Source: Massalongia carnosa (taxonomy: Eukaryota). Taken from it: 64,000 nucleotides of DNA. Location of the stretch: NCBI GenBank assembly GCA_965645245.1, contig OZ287071.1:1612001-1676000 (forward strand), given 5' to 3'. The notes beneath the pieces are model-generated. The model had not been told where the DNA came from. It saw nothing but the letters and a program-made list of their open reading frames with translations, and searched no databases. Made by a program: the position numbers and the translations under genes. Of this stretch, positions 1 to 12,972 are shown piece by piece. Within the stretch, counting starts at the first letter, position 1; each line of letters begins with the position of its first letter.

Positions 1-569
1 GTACAAGAAGCTTTGGTGGTGCATTCTCGCGAGCATCATGGTCATCTTTGCCTTTTTCTTTCTCAACTCCTTCACATTTGCGGGAAGAAGCGATCCGGAC
101 TTTGTCCCAGATCATTGGAAGACAAGATGGTTCATCCTTGACGGGTGGTTGAACCTAGTCTATTTTGTCGACATTACGTATGTTGCCTATCTATGGCGAC
201 CTACGGCGAACAATCGACGATTTGCCATGAGCGACGAGGTACGTTTTGTTGCGCTCCGCCGTGGAAAAAGACTAAAAATCGCTAACCGTTGAAAAGCTGG
301 CGCAAGATGATGAAGGATTTGAAATAGCTTCATTTGGTGGCTCCCTTGACGAGGAGGATGGCCGATCACCTGACCTCCACACGCCGAGTGGCAATCCCCC
401 ATTATCGCCTGTACCTCCGAAGCCTGTCGATGATGGCCACGATCCCCGGCAATCGCTAGACGGAGAGACGATTTTTGCCGTAGGAGAAGACGCTGATAAA
501 TGGTCCGATGACGATGAGTCACCTCGCAACTCCACGGAGCGAACGAGGTTGAATCACAAAAACCGGTGA
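1..569 (+). CDS. PTM1: PTM1/GPR107-like seven-transmembrane protein, C-terminal part (5' truncated by window edge)
   Basis: HWKTRWFILDGWLNLVY...LWRPTANNRRFAMSDE, intron 239-296 (GTACGT..GCTAAC..AAG), then LAQDDEGFEI...SLDGETIFAVGED...TGA at 567-569; typical of the lung-7TM/PTM1 family tail. Confidence 0.85.
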
Positions 570-817
570 AATTCTTCAACTGTGCGGGGAAGGATGTAAG
601 TTAGTAGGCGCCCTATTGATCTTGCGTTTCGAAAAGGCGTTGTAGTACAATGCATATTTGTAGTTGGCGTTTGAGAAATTTTGGGGTGTCAAGGGAAGAA
701 TAACAGCGCCCCGTAAAAAAAAAAGTAATACCTTGAAGTTTCAATCCTTCGTCCGTTTCCCCCCACGCTCACGCCTGCCCACGCCCACAATGCATCACCC
801 AATCTCACTTGAACCCT

Positions 818-1375
818 TCATCGTTTCCCCTTCTTCTTCTTCCCTCCACCCCCACCTTTTCCCCTCGTCCCCTCTTTCTCAGCTCCTCCCACCTCCACCT
901 TCACCTCTCGATCCCCCTTCGGCTCCTCCTCCCGTTCCGTCCGCTCCGGCAATGCTGCCATTACTCGCCCACACGTCCCCAGCGCCGTAATCAGCCGCCC
1001 CACCTCCCACGCTTTCTCTGTGCTGTATTTCAAACATACGCCCGAGACCGGATCGTAGGTTTTCAGCACAAGCACAGCTTTCGCGGGCTGCTGTGATGGC
1101 GTGGAAGTTGGCTCTGTGGAGGGGGTATGGGCTGAAGGGTTTGGTTTCGACTTTTTGCCGGCGGAACGGGATTGGGGGAGAACGGTGTATTTGGTGGTGA
1201 TTCGGGTCTGCGTAGAGGATTAGTGTACGTGAACTCGCTTGACTGGGAAAATGAGGTTAGAGGGAAGATTTGAAGGGAGGGAGAAGAACGTGTGAAAGCG
1301 TACGGTTGTGGGGCGAGCGGAGAGTAGAAGAGTGGAGTTTTCAAGCCAGGATTGCGCGGTGGGGAGGTAGGGCAT
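818..1375 (-). CDS. SRP9: Signal recognition particle 9 kDa subunit (SRP9/Srp21 family)
   Basis: Exon 1 MPYLPTAQSWLENSTLLLSARPTT, intron 1303-1208, exon 2 TRITTKY...LVLKTYDPVSGVCLKYSTEKAWEVGRLI, basic GGGGKKKKGKR tail. Confidence 0.85.
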
Positions 1376-1570
1376 TTTTCTGAGGAGTAGACTGGATGCG
1401 TGTGCAGAAAAAGAGCTATCTATATGTATCAATTGGTTATATCTTTCATGGTCAAAAGTTTGAGGGCATTTTGTTGGTGGATTGTGGTTTAGGGTAAATC
1501 CCACGTAGGGCTGAACCCTACGCCATTTCGCTTAAGATGGAGTATTTTCTTCCCAGAACACAGATCAATC

Positions 1571-3309
1571 ATGGCTGAAGCAGATGCCACCTCGTCTTCG
1601 AAAACCGCTCCGTCAGGTGGGCTCGCGATCGCCGAGGATCTCCTTCAAAAATGCAATCAACTACTCTCCGAGCTGGAGGAGTTCCGCACATTTCTTACAC
1701 AGCGGAAGAAAGAGCAAGTCGTAGAGATCCGCCATTTTCACAACGCTGTTCGCTCCGAGTTGAAATCTCTGGAGAGGGTATGTCAGCATTCCAATATTCT
1801 GCGAAAGAAAGCCTCTGCATGGCATGTTATATTAACACACTGGTGTTTTAGCTATCAAGAACAGACCCCACAGCGGAGCGGACGGTGCACACTCTCCGCT
1901 CCTCAAACTTACCCTTTTACTCTGCGGTCTGGGAAGCTGCCAAAGCCAGCACCGGGCTAGTAACCTTTCACAAACGATTCCACTGGGCAGCCCCAACGCG
2001 AACTTCCAAACGAACCGCTCGACCAAGAAAGCAATGCGCCCTCGTCGACATAGTCGCTCAAGGCGGGCTGGAATGGGTGAAAGTGTCCACGGTGACTGAG
2101 ACGCGCCTCCTATTTGAACAAGCCAAAGCCGGCTGGGAGAACGCGGACTCGTCGTCTGACGACCAGGACTCCACCGATGGCGATAAGGAGGATGGCGTCA
2201 CCTTCGGTTCCCCCAATATAGGCCCTTCCCCTGCATCATCTTCGTCTCCCTCAACCCCTTCCCGTCCACTGGGCTCCACCCTTGTATCATCCCCGTCCCC
2301 CTCTACCCATCCTATCGAGCTTCTCCGCCTGGCCATCGACCTCCAAACTGCATCACAAGCCACCCAGATTCACTACAAACATCCGTCGGTGCGCATTGTC
2401 CTCCCCAAGATCCCGACTAACCCCTCCCCACCAACCCTAATCATCCTTCACCAACTCCTCTCCACTGGCTCAGCCCTCCAACTTGGGCCCTCCTTCACGC
2501 CATTTCCCCTCACAGCATCCCCCTTTCCCTCCCCTTCCCATCCACCCTCACCACCCCCACGAACCCCTCCCTCCTCCCTCCTAGAAATATTCCCACTCCT
2601 CCTCCCCAACCCCTACGCTTCTCTTACCCCAACCCTCAATGTCGACTGCACCATCCTCCTAGCCCTCATCTCTGACCTCTCTCATTCCCCCCAAACCCCG
2701 CACTCCCCTTCCCACCACCGTGCCATAACCTGTCAGATCGAGCTCGAGGCTCGCGACCACCTTCTCCCCGACTGCCTGTACCCGGCCCTCAAGGGCAGAG
2801 ATCTTGTTTGCACGCTCGAAGCCGCCAAACGTATGCAAGAGATCGTTGCGCTGATCGGTACCCCCAGCGAGCGCGCGCGCGCGGACCTTCTCTTTGACAA
2901 TGACAAGTCCGACCCCTCAGCAACCGCCCCTTTACCCCCCCTTATCGCCCGCCTCGCCTCCCTAAGCGAATATCCGGTCCCCCCTACGCTCCGCCTCCCC
3001 ATCACCATCGCCCCGGTCCCCACCTCCATCCTGGAATCTCTGCCTCCCGTGGCGAAAGATGTGGCGAAACACCTGAGTCCCATCAACCGCAGCGTCTTTC
3101 TCTTCGGCTGGGCGAGCGGCTTCACAACCGTAAGCTCGAACCGGGCTGTTGCGAAGGTTGTAGAAGGAATCGTTGGGGGTTTTGATGGGGAAGTTGTGGA
3201 GGGGACCGAGGGCGCGGGGCAAGAGAGGGAAGGAGTTGGTGCAGGACCGGAGATCTGGTTGTGCGGAACGGCGAGAAGCTTAGTAGGAAAGGAGCGGGGG
3301 AGGGGATGA
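1571..3309 (+). CDS. DUF1308 (C7orf25-like) protein
   Basis: Two exons (intron 1778-1850); motifs LRSSNLPFYSAVW, VDIVAQGGLEWVKVST, TLNVDCTILLALISDLSH, INRSVFLFGW...TVSSNR. Confidence 0.8.
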
Positions 3310-3887
3310 TTGGATGAATGAATGAATGAATGAATGGAATGAGATGAGAGGAAGACAGACAGGTCGGGTAAGCTATGCGCTGGTTGAGATGGTGCTTTGG
3401 ACATGGAAGGGCTTGAAAAACGGTTGAACGTGAGATGGAGTGAGATGGAATAGGTGTAGGCATGAGTCGCTCAACCCAACCTCCGCGCCCGGGGGATTTC
3501 CCTATTCCATTCCGTTCCATTCCTGGCAAACACATGGCAGATCCAACAACGCTTCCTATTTCCTGTTTCCTCCCAGTTCTCTATGCATACATGCGTCCTC
3601 CGGCAATTACCATGACAGCTAACTAAACTAAAGCCGACCAAACGCCGTGAATGAAGGGTTTTGTGGGGGGGAAGGGGAGAATAAGAGGAAACTTGCATGC
3701 AAGAGTCTCTCGTGGTGGGGGGACTTGCTGAGGGGGGGTATGTGTATGTGTGGGGAAGGGGGGGGGGGGGGGGGAGAGGGCAAATGATGGGGGGAGGATG
3801 AAGGAAACGAACCAAAAAAAACATGGGTGATGTTGTACAAAAAACAGGAGCAGACATTTCAAGTCATATGCATGGGTATCCTCGCGC

Positions 3888-5287
3888 TCAGAAATCCTCA
3901 TCGAAATTGAAGTCCCCCCCGTCCTCGCGTGGACTCTCCGCGGCCTTCCTACCCGCCTCATCATTCTTCTTGTTGGTGCTGGCCATTACTCCGGCTTTCT
4001 GATAATCGCCGACGCGCTTCTCAAAGAAATTGGTCTTGCCCGCGAGCGAGATGCTCTCCATGAAATCGAACGGGTTGGCCGAGTGGTAGAACTTGGCGTT
4101 CCCGAGCGCGAGGAGTAGGCGGTCAGCAACAAACTCGATGTATAGCTTCATGAGGGCGGCGTTCATGCCGAGCAGGCCGCACGGGAGAGCCTCAGTAAGG
4201 AATTCCTGCTCGATGGCCACGGCTTCGGTGATGACGTCCTGCACTGCTTGCTTGCTGGGGCGGTTGTTTAGGTGCGAGAAAAGGAGGCAGGCGAAGTCGG
4301 TGTGGAGGCCTTCGTCGCGGGAGATGAGCTCGTTGCTGAAGGTCAGGCCAGGCATGAGGCCACGTTTCTTGAGCCAGAATATGGAGGCGAACGAGCCGCT
4401 GAAGAAGATGCCCTCGACGGCCGCGAAAGCTACGAGACGTTGCGCGAAAGTAGAGGAGGTGTCGGATATCCATTTTAGGGCCCAGTCGGCCTTTCTGCGG
4501 ATACAAGGAACTGGAGAGGATGGATTAGTTGGAATGATTGAGAAGGGGGGGGCATAGAGCGCGTTATGATAAGAGAGGGCTCACTGGTATCTATAGCATC
4601 GAAGAGATACGTGCGTTGCTTTTGCTCTTTGATGTAGGTGTCGATAAGGAGGGAGTATGTCTCGGAGTGGATGTTCTCCATCATGATCTGGAACCCATAG
4701 AAGCAACGTGCCTCTGGGATCTGAACCTCCCCGCTAAAACGCTCGACTAGGTTCTCGTTGACAATGCCGTCCGAGGCGGCAAAGAATGCGAGTACGTGGG
4801 AGATGAAGTAGCGTTCGTCGTCGTTTAATCGGTTGTTCCAGTCGTGCAAGTCCTTGGACAGATCAATCTCTTCAGCCGTCCAGAAGGATGCTTCGGCTTT
4901 CTTGTACATTTGCCAGACCTGCGGTTAAGTTTCGCGTTAGCCAACACTTTACGCGTGACGCGGGTCGAGGACACTTACTTCGTAGTATTTGATTGGGAAC
5001 ATGACGAATCGGTGGGGGTTCTCTTTCAAGATTGGTTCTTCTGCCTCCATCGCTTTGATGCTCACTTCTATCGAAGGCTTCTTTTCCTTTTGAATCGGAT
5101 CCAGTTGATGTTTCTTCAGGTCGCTATCGTAATCGATGGCAAATGCGACGGGACTGTCTTGGAGCATATTCTCTTTGTTGATTGGCTCCACCATAAGTCT
5201 CTTCGCCGGTGCATCTTCCATCCTGATCTTCTCAAACTCCGATGCAACCTGTGTTTTCGATAGTATCGATAGCTTGAGAGGGGCCAT
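3888..5287 (-). CDS. RNR2: Ribonucleoside-diphosphate reductase small subunit
   Basis: Three exons; [69 protein letters not shown]-terminal FNFDEDF; N-terminal KEN box (NKENM). Confidence 0.98.
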
Positions 5288-5454
5288 TGGAGGGCGTTGC
5301 TTACCAGCTGTGAAGGGATGGTCTGGGTAGTCATGGTATAAAAGAATTGAATAAAGATTGAAGAGGAGAATGCAATGAAGCCAAGTACTATAGAATATCA
5401 ATGTTGGGGGTGGTTGATGTGGGAGTGATGGAGAAGTGGAGAAGTGAATTAAAG

Positions 5455-5525
5455 ACGCGTAGGAAGTGTATTTAAATCAAAGCAGGCGCGTTGTTTCCCG
5501 TCACGACCACATAAGTTCCGCGTCA
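5455..5525. promoter_or_regulatory. MCB-like (ACGCGT/CGCG) cell-cycle elements upstream of RNR2
   Basis: ACGCGT at 5455-5460, plus GGCGCGT and CCGCGTC within 70 bp, about 170-240 bp upstream of the RNR2 ATG. Confidence 0.55.
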
Positions 5526-6371
5526 GGGCTGCAGTGTTGCCGCTAAGTTAAAGTGCTGATGTAATCGGCACAAGGTCCCCCCTTGCACTTTGACGTTTCG
5601 GATAATCTACTTCCGAAGCTCTAGTTTACCCAGAGCCCTAACTAGCCCTAACCCAATTCTCCCGCAACCCTAACCTATCAACTCGGATGACCTAACCCTC
5701 TGTCCTGTACCACGTGATGATCAGGTATATTATCGTGTTCTCATGTCAAATCAACGGATACTTAACGAAATGAATGAGTACTTCGCGTTTGAGATCCAGC
5801 TATCATGATGAGACAGTTGCTTCTAAGGCAATGACTTAGAATATGATCCATCGCTCAAACTCGTCCGCCGGGTATCGAGAGCAAATGCTACGATTATCAT
5901 TCGCCCATCAAGTTCCAATACGTAGCATGATCCTTTCCTGTCCGACTTGAAAACCATCCTCCACCCCCAACCTTTCGCCTATGGGAAACTTTTGGTTCCG
6001 TGCTACCGTGCCACCGTGCTACGTGTGAGATTCTCGCCGTATCCACAAACTAATGACCCGCCGCCCATCATGGAGGGACAACATATGCAACGGAAATGAA
6101 AATGAAAAAAAAGGAAATCCAACGAAATGGTTTGCGCTAGCTATAACACACCTTGCTCCCGCGCGTAGAAAAACCGGGATATCAAGGTGAACTTGTGTGA
6201 AACAAAGTTTATATAATTCATCCTTTCCAACAAAACCAAAAGGCCCTCCTGCCTTTCAGTCGTTGGAGTCGCCTTTGGGACGAAGGATCTTCAATAGAAA
6301 GGTGTGAGGGCGAAACTGTACAGTCAGAGCGGCGTGTCGCAAGCAAACAGCTAGGAAATCTTTCTAGACGA

Positions 6372-9300
6372 CTACTGCTGTGCGTTGTAAATATGATATG
6401 CTTGTTTTAGAGCTGCACGCCCGTCGTTAGCCTAGACCCTCACACGACCTATAGCCAATAGATGAGGAAACCATCTGGTGGAAATTTCATACCCTTCAAG
6501 AGCTCTGCTTGAGCAACAAAGTTCTCGCATGCTGTTTGCAGCGTGCTTCCATCTTTGAAGTCGAGTACAACGCCTTGGGTTACGTGAGCGATAAATCGAA
6601 CCACAAACTAAAGTAAGGACTTACTGTTGGGGAGTTCTTGACGATCCTGATCGGGGATGTAGGGCGCATGGAATTCCGAGAGAGGGTATCGTTTCGTGGC
6701 TACTCTCGAGTTCTAGTACGATACCGATTAACAACGATCTAAGCTTATGTTTACAACCTTACTCACATTATCCGCTTTCGAGGAAGATAATACCAGGTTC
6801 CCTTGATCGTCAATCTTCATATCACGCCGCTTCCATAGCTACGACTAGTATTAGCATCAATTTACATTAAGGCCGAGGGTTCCAACCAATGTATCTGGAA
6901 ACTGAATATTGACATCCCCAAAGTCCGCCATTGCTGATGGTGTTTCATCTGTTATTTCGTGATGCTCTACAATAGGTTGTTGCTTGACCGGCGAGTTGAA
7001 AGCGTAGACAATGCTTCGCCGAGATGCTGAAGATATGGTTGACATTCGTTTGAACAAACGACTCTTTCTAGATTCTTTCTTGTCCTCCTTGATCCCATCC
7101 AGGCCAGCCATACCGCTCGAAGAAGTGTCGCTAATTGAACTTCGCAGATCTACCTCGCTTCCTCTACGACTTCTGGCTGACCGTCTGCTAGTGAATGATT
7201 CGCGTCTGGTCGCCTGTGGAGGTTCACTTTTCCGTTCGATGCTGGACGATGAAGCCGAACGGGTAAGATTAAATTTCGACCTTGGCGGTTTCAAAGGGGG
7301 AGAGTTTGTAGATATTTGCGCATTCTGATGCTCGACAACAAGCGGACTTTTGTAAAGGTCCATTGTGATAGATTCGGACGGATCCATGGGTACTGCGGGC
7401 ATCAAATTCTGTGGATCGCGTACAATTTTGGCGGTAACAGATATAGATTCTGGCCGATACCTTTTAGAGTTGCTGGTAGCTTTTACGTTGATGAACTTAC
7501 TTTTTGAGCCGAGGGAATCAGCTTCCGGCGAAGATGAGGATGATAAGGATGAGAATTTTTGGTGAAAAGCTTTTCCGCTGTTCTTTGACAAATCGGTACC
7601 AACCTGTGGCACGCGGAGGGAAGCCTTTCGAAGACTTACTGATGCTGGCAGTACACCAGGAGACGTAGTGGTAGGATGTACCTGAGAAGAAGGACTCGTA
7701 GGACGACTTGAGAGCTTTTCGAGTGCCTTAATTCGCTGGGAAATACCTGTAGAGACGCCAACTTTCTTCAGCGTGATCGCCGAGACTTGCTGTGGCTCGA
7801 CGACTGTCACTTGTGAGGCCGAAAGTGATCGAGAAGAAGGAACGGGAGGCATTCTTGGCGATATTTTGTGGGGTTCATCCTTGTTTCCATCCTCAAGAAG
7901 ACTAGATACGCTCCGAGATTTACTAGCAAACTCGTTCCATTGTTGCTCAGTAGGATACTTGGGGAAGAAAGGTGTGATAGGAGACTTCGAGACCGAAATT
8001 GGTTTTGCCTCTTGCACCGTTGCACTTCCGAGTTCTTCCATGAAGGAGTCGTCCGATAGGAAGTGATCATCGGAATTCTCGTGGCTGGAAATCCTCCGAA
8101 CTGAACGAGGTAGATCATGTCGTATACTGAGTCGATCGGCGCTGCTGTATTCCATCGTGTCACCTGTTGAAGGCCGGGTAAGGTTGAGCTCATCATCCTC
8201 AGCATGGAGAAACGGAGCGTGATTTAGGGATGCTGATAGATCCCCTTCTGCTGATTTCACAGTACTTGTACATGTATTGTCATTGTCCGACATAGTATCA
8301 TCGTGGTTGAGGCTGAATTCCTCGTCGACACTTATAGGAGGTAGCGGCACTTCATAAGGGTTGAGCCTGTCAACAGAGAGAAACAGGGTCGTAATTGGCC
8401 GATCCTGTTCAAGAGATGGACTAGGGTCCTTAATGTTGACCGCCGTGAGTGGAGTTGTTACAACCTCATTCTCAGCCTGTAAATCCTTGGTGTTCAAGAT
8501 CAAATGCATCGAGCCTTTTTTGGGCTCAGCGGCTTTCGATAGCTGGAGCTCCTCCTCATCTGTGATTGATGATGCTTGTGTAGACTGTCCATCTGAAGCC
8601 TCAAGTACTGAAATTGGGGAGGATTCAAAGTTAGCTAGGTTGGAATCGCTGGTATCTTTAATGAGTGTATCTAGAAGTGCAGGCTCCACATCCCCTTTAT
8701 TTTCTGCAATAGCTATGCTATTGTCATCTCTGTTTGTGTTTAGAGACTCATTGTTTGGCGTTTGGACGGTTTTGTCCGGTTGCAGTATCGACTCTGCAGG
8801 AGGCGGCTCACTCTCGTGGCTTTTCATCAATGCTTGAGCGGCCAACTGCTTCTGACGTAGCTGCAAAGCCTTCATTAACCGTCTCTTCTCGGGCGTCATG
8901 CTAGGCGATTTCGATTCTATAGGTCGAGCCGACGTGTTTGCCCCGGATACCTTGACGTTCGAAGATGAATCAAGGTTTGGGTTTGATAATACAGAAACAG
9001 GTAATACAGGTAGCGGAGGTGAAAGAGAGGCCTTAGTTAGCACCCTGTCAAGACTGGATTTTTGGGAATGCTGAGACCTTGACCTCGTAGGGGCTGTTTT
9101 TCGGAGTGGTAAACGGATACTAGATGGGAGCGTCGATACAGGTCGAGGTTCATTGTGTCGGTAGAACTCTATATGTAGCCGGTTGACTAAGTCAGTTGAG
9201 GGACGAGGGCCTAATTTGACTTTAGGTTTATAACCGTAGGGGCTATGAAGGTCGCGTGTCTGTGGTGGAGTTGACTGAAACGAGGACCGCACGTCGAGGC

Positions 9301-10164
9301 TTGGCCCTCTACCAGGTCGATGTTCATCGATGCTTGCTCTCAGATCTCGACCCTCGAGACCTGGCTCAGGAGGAGTTGGTGGTAGAGCTTTATCTGTGTT
9401 CCGAATAGTGCGTGATGATCGAGATGGCGACGGAGTTCGCTTGGCAGAATTAGGTCGTTGATGGTTCTGATCATTGATGTTCTCTTTCGGTGTGGCCGTT
9501 CGCGCCCGGGTATTCCCGCTGCCCGTCCGATGAATGTTACCTTCATCGATTGCCTGATCATCCCCTAGTGCCGATTGACTCTCTTGTGCATCTTCCGCAA
9601 TTTCTGCTAGACCTTTCTGTCGAAGGGAGTCACAGGAAGACTTGATGGAAGCCGAGGCAGTATGCAAGGAGCACGCTTTAGAAAGGGTTGAGTCTTTCAG
9701 TTCCGCTGAGGCACTGAAAGCGAATGTTGTGTCGTTGGGTGTAAATTTCTCTACGACGGACTGAAAGTGAACAGCGACTCGGGCTATATGCGAAATTTAG
9801 CATGCGACTATAAACTTTGATGTCGGTTGTGACTGAAGACTTATACCTTGAAGAACTCGTGAAGTCCCTTCGGGCATATATTTAAGGATCACTTTCCTCC
9901 GCCTGTAATTGATGAAACCATACAATGGCAATCGTTCTTCATACCGATCCACGGCTTCTTTGACTTCCACAAGCCCTCCGCTCCCCCTTCCAAAAATAGT
10001 CACCTCGTCTCGTGTCGTGTAATTGAGTAAAACCCTGTGCGACATGTCATTGGCCACCGCTTCGAAGGTAGGATTGTGTTAAGAGCAAACCATCCTCCAC
10101 CCTCAATAAGCGCAGCCTGATAGGCCTCGTTGACTACTGTGGCATCCAGGCCATTGAGCGACAT
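6372..10164 (-). CDS. Conserved fungal protein: N-terminal ADF-H/cofilin-like domain, long S/P-rich linker, C-terminal PH-like domain
   Basis: Spliced start MSLNGLDATVVNEAYQAALIEGGGW|VLLNYTTRDEV...PLYGFINYRRRKVILKYMPEGTSRVLQ; 936-aa central ORF; end FGDVNIQFPDTL|LWKRRDMKIDDQGNLVL...VVLDFKDGSTLQTACE; stop TAG at 6372-6374. Confidence 0.8.
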
Positions 10165-11965
10165 TGTGCTTCCTCATGAAACCTCGTCCTGCACGCCCAA
10201 ACTGCGGTGTACCGTGTATGGCAAAAGATTGTCGCTTAGGATAAGAATCGCCCGGAGCTGGGTACCAGGGGGTATTCGATATCAAAAGTTTTGGGTAAAT
10301 TGGAGGACGTGGGGAATGCGACTGAATGATGGCGCATAGTAAGTGTCCTGGTACAATATGATGCGAGTCGTTCATCTCAAGACTCGCTGTCCCTGTGGCT
10401 ATCAATCAGCAATCAGGGATGAACGACAGCAATCAACCTTTCATCCCGTCCGACCAGAAAAGCGGAAGCGTGCAAAATTGTCGATCTGCGGAGGGACCAA
10501 CCAACCAGCATCCCGAGTTCCTGCGTCAAAGATAGTAATGCTTACTAATCTTCATCTTTCTTTCGATCAGCCAATTATGCACGTACCTACTTTGTACAAC
10601 CTCTACTTACAGTATACAGACCTACGAATCAATCGCTCGTTCCAATGATATCTTACTCGATTGGCAAACACACACTGAATGATGAACAGAACTTTAGTCA
10701 ATTTTTCAAAGAGAGTACCTAGGTTCTTATGGATATGTTGATAAAGATCTACGCTAATCCAACGCTCAAGACACCGTTGGACTGCACAAGGCCCGCGTTT
10801 ACAGCACCCGATGAGGATTTTGGAACAGATCGGAAAGAAATATTGTATTTGAACGGGAACTGCTTGGACTATCTAGATTGGCTTGCCCATCCCAGTCTGC
10901 CAAGCAGAACATGTATCACAAGGCTGGTGCACATTTATTTTGATACCAGAGCTGCCGGCATCCAACATTAGCAACATGGCTTACAAAGCAGTGTTTGTGA
11001 AGCTAGCAGAAGAGGCCTGACAGACTATCTTTTTCTGTGCTATTACTTTTCGTTTCTGATTAAATAGGGGTGAAGCCAGCTTCCAAAAATTCCTTCTTTT
11101 CCGCCCAACAATCCAATAGCTGCCCTGTGCTCTGGGTAGCTCTCTTGTGCTGACAAACTATGCGCCTCTAAGCTTAGGTTTTAGGATTACCGGATCAGTT
11201 TTGACATTCCTATTAAGTATTAAGGTTACCCTCTACTACATCTAAGAAGTTTTGAATGAACATAAAGCAACTTCTGACTGAACCTCCAAAAGGGTATTAC
11301 AGTTGAAGTTTTGTTTTCTTCATAACTCTCAGTTATTGACTAATATTGATTTTTATTCATATACATGTAACCAAATCATTTGCGCCTCAAATGATTTTAC
11401 GTTTCAATCCCCGCAAAATTTATTGCCAATCTGGATGGTCACCCTTCAGAATTCAAGAACCTTCACGGCAACTGCGATAAGCCTAGATGTGAGGAGAGCC
11501 CGAGCTGTTGAGATCTTGCCGTTGGTGCATTGAGTGTCCACTCGTCTGGCCTCTCGTCTATCTTGGCGTTACATGATGCTCATTGGCAAGCCCACAAACA
11601 AAGTCAGCTCTATCTGACTTGCCAGCACTAGGCATTTTAGTTTGGAAAAAAATAACGAAAGGTGGTGAGATAATGTTCCTTGTCTCAGGAGAGGTGGTTA
11701 ATAGAGTAATCTTTTCGGTGATGTCGCTTCCCCGCATCGACGGTCACGAGTAGGTATAGGCAGACACAAGCGAACAGCTTCAGAAAAGCCAATCAGCTTT
11801 AAACTTCATTTAATTTACATAGAAATCTTCAACCTATTGTCCCCATCAAGCATTCTCACTCCCATACTACAACCTGGCTTACCTCCACGATTTTCATACC
11901 CTTTCTCAATCCCCCAACCAAATAAAGCCTTACCAACCGTTCCCATCCCCGTCCCTCGCCCCGAA

Positions 11966-12658
11966 ATGCACCCTCTCCCCCCTGCATTGGGTTTCCTCGA
12001 CTTGCCAACTCCTTACAAATCCGAGATTCTTTACATTCTCTTTGAGTCCTCCACTGTGCTTCAAGTCCTCCTCTTACCCTTACTCTCTTGCTCCGCCGAT
12101 GATCCCCCATCCATTACCACCTACGCCGACCTAATCTCGTTTATCCATAAAACCCTAATCCAGCTAACCCGCTCAGCCTCCGAGACGAAGCGTGTAGATG
12201 CCATTCTAAACGCCCATCCCCGTCTCGGCGTGTCCGATGGGAGCGAGCGGAGTCGAGCGGAGCAGGCGGGACTAGGGGGAGAGGAATTGAGGTTGAGGGA
12301 ACTCAACGAAGAATACGAGAGAAAATTCGGAGGGTTAAGATATATGTGAGTTCCGGGTTTTGCGTGCATGTAAGAAATCTTAATATCTTGTTGGGAAAGG
12401 GCTGACTCGTAGGCTGATGGGGAAGAGTATTTGTAGACGGGCGGAGTCGAGAGGTCATACTGGCGGATATGCGAAGAAGGATTGAGAGGGGGGATCTGCA
12501 GGCGGAGAGGCTGGAGGGGATTGACGTAGGTCTTTCCGCTAGATCGAGTGGCAGTTGTGGGGCGGAAAGAGGGCTGACTTTGTGGGAGTTGGGGAGGATA
12601 GGCGATTTGCGCTATTGCCGCGGATCGAGTAAGGAAGATTGGGATGAGAGAGGGGTAG
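11966..12658 (+). CDS. OHCU decarboxylase (urate degradation)
   Basis: ILFE..., AHPRLG, SRAEQ, LRELNEEYERKFGGLRY|IVFVDGRSR...MRRRI...|AICAIAADR; two introns (12346-12425, about 12526-12601). Confidence 0.85.
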
Positions 12659-12972
12659 AATAGTAGCAGCACGTTATGCTTAGATATGATAGATGGATCA
12701 GGACGTGACGGAATCGCATTGTGGGTATCTCGAGTTTGAGAGAACAAACGACGCCAGAGCTGGAAATGCTCAAAACGCTAAATTAAGCCTTCCACCGACC
12801 CGCTCGCTCGCTATGCTCCTAGTATGTTTTTTAGCTACATCATTGAGGATGAAAGGAGAGAAAGCAGAAGCAAGACAGGCTAAACCATACAATGCGCCAC
12901 CGAAACTTCGTCGCGCCGTTCGTTTTCCAGTAAGCTGCCAATGGTCTCTTTTCCAGAGCTTAGCACTCCCGG

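Noticed and set aside
2058..3535. Long antisense and alternative-frame ORFs over GC-rich gene ends (also 19773-20525, 31617-32144, 57323-58141)
   Set aside because: They are shadows of real genes caused by stop-codon scarcity in C- or G-rich sequence and have no independent motifs.
5930..5965. snR30/U17-like m1/m2 motifs (TTCCTG ... AAACCAT)
   Set aside because: The m1 match is poor, the spacing is very short and there is no ACA box 7 nt after AAACCAT.
10650..11550. Short ORFs at 10729-10971 and 11303-11533
   Set aside because: There are no recognisable motifs or splice-supported extensions, so I cannot support them as genes.
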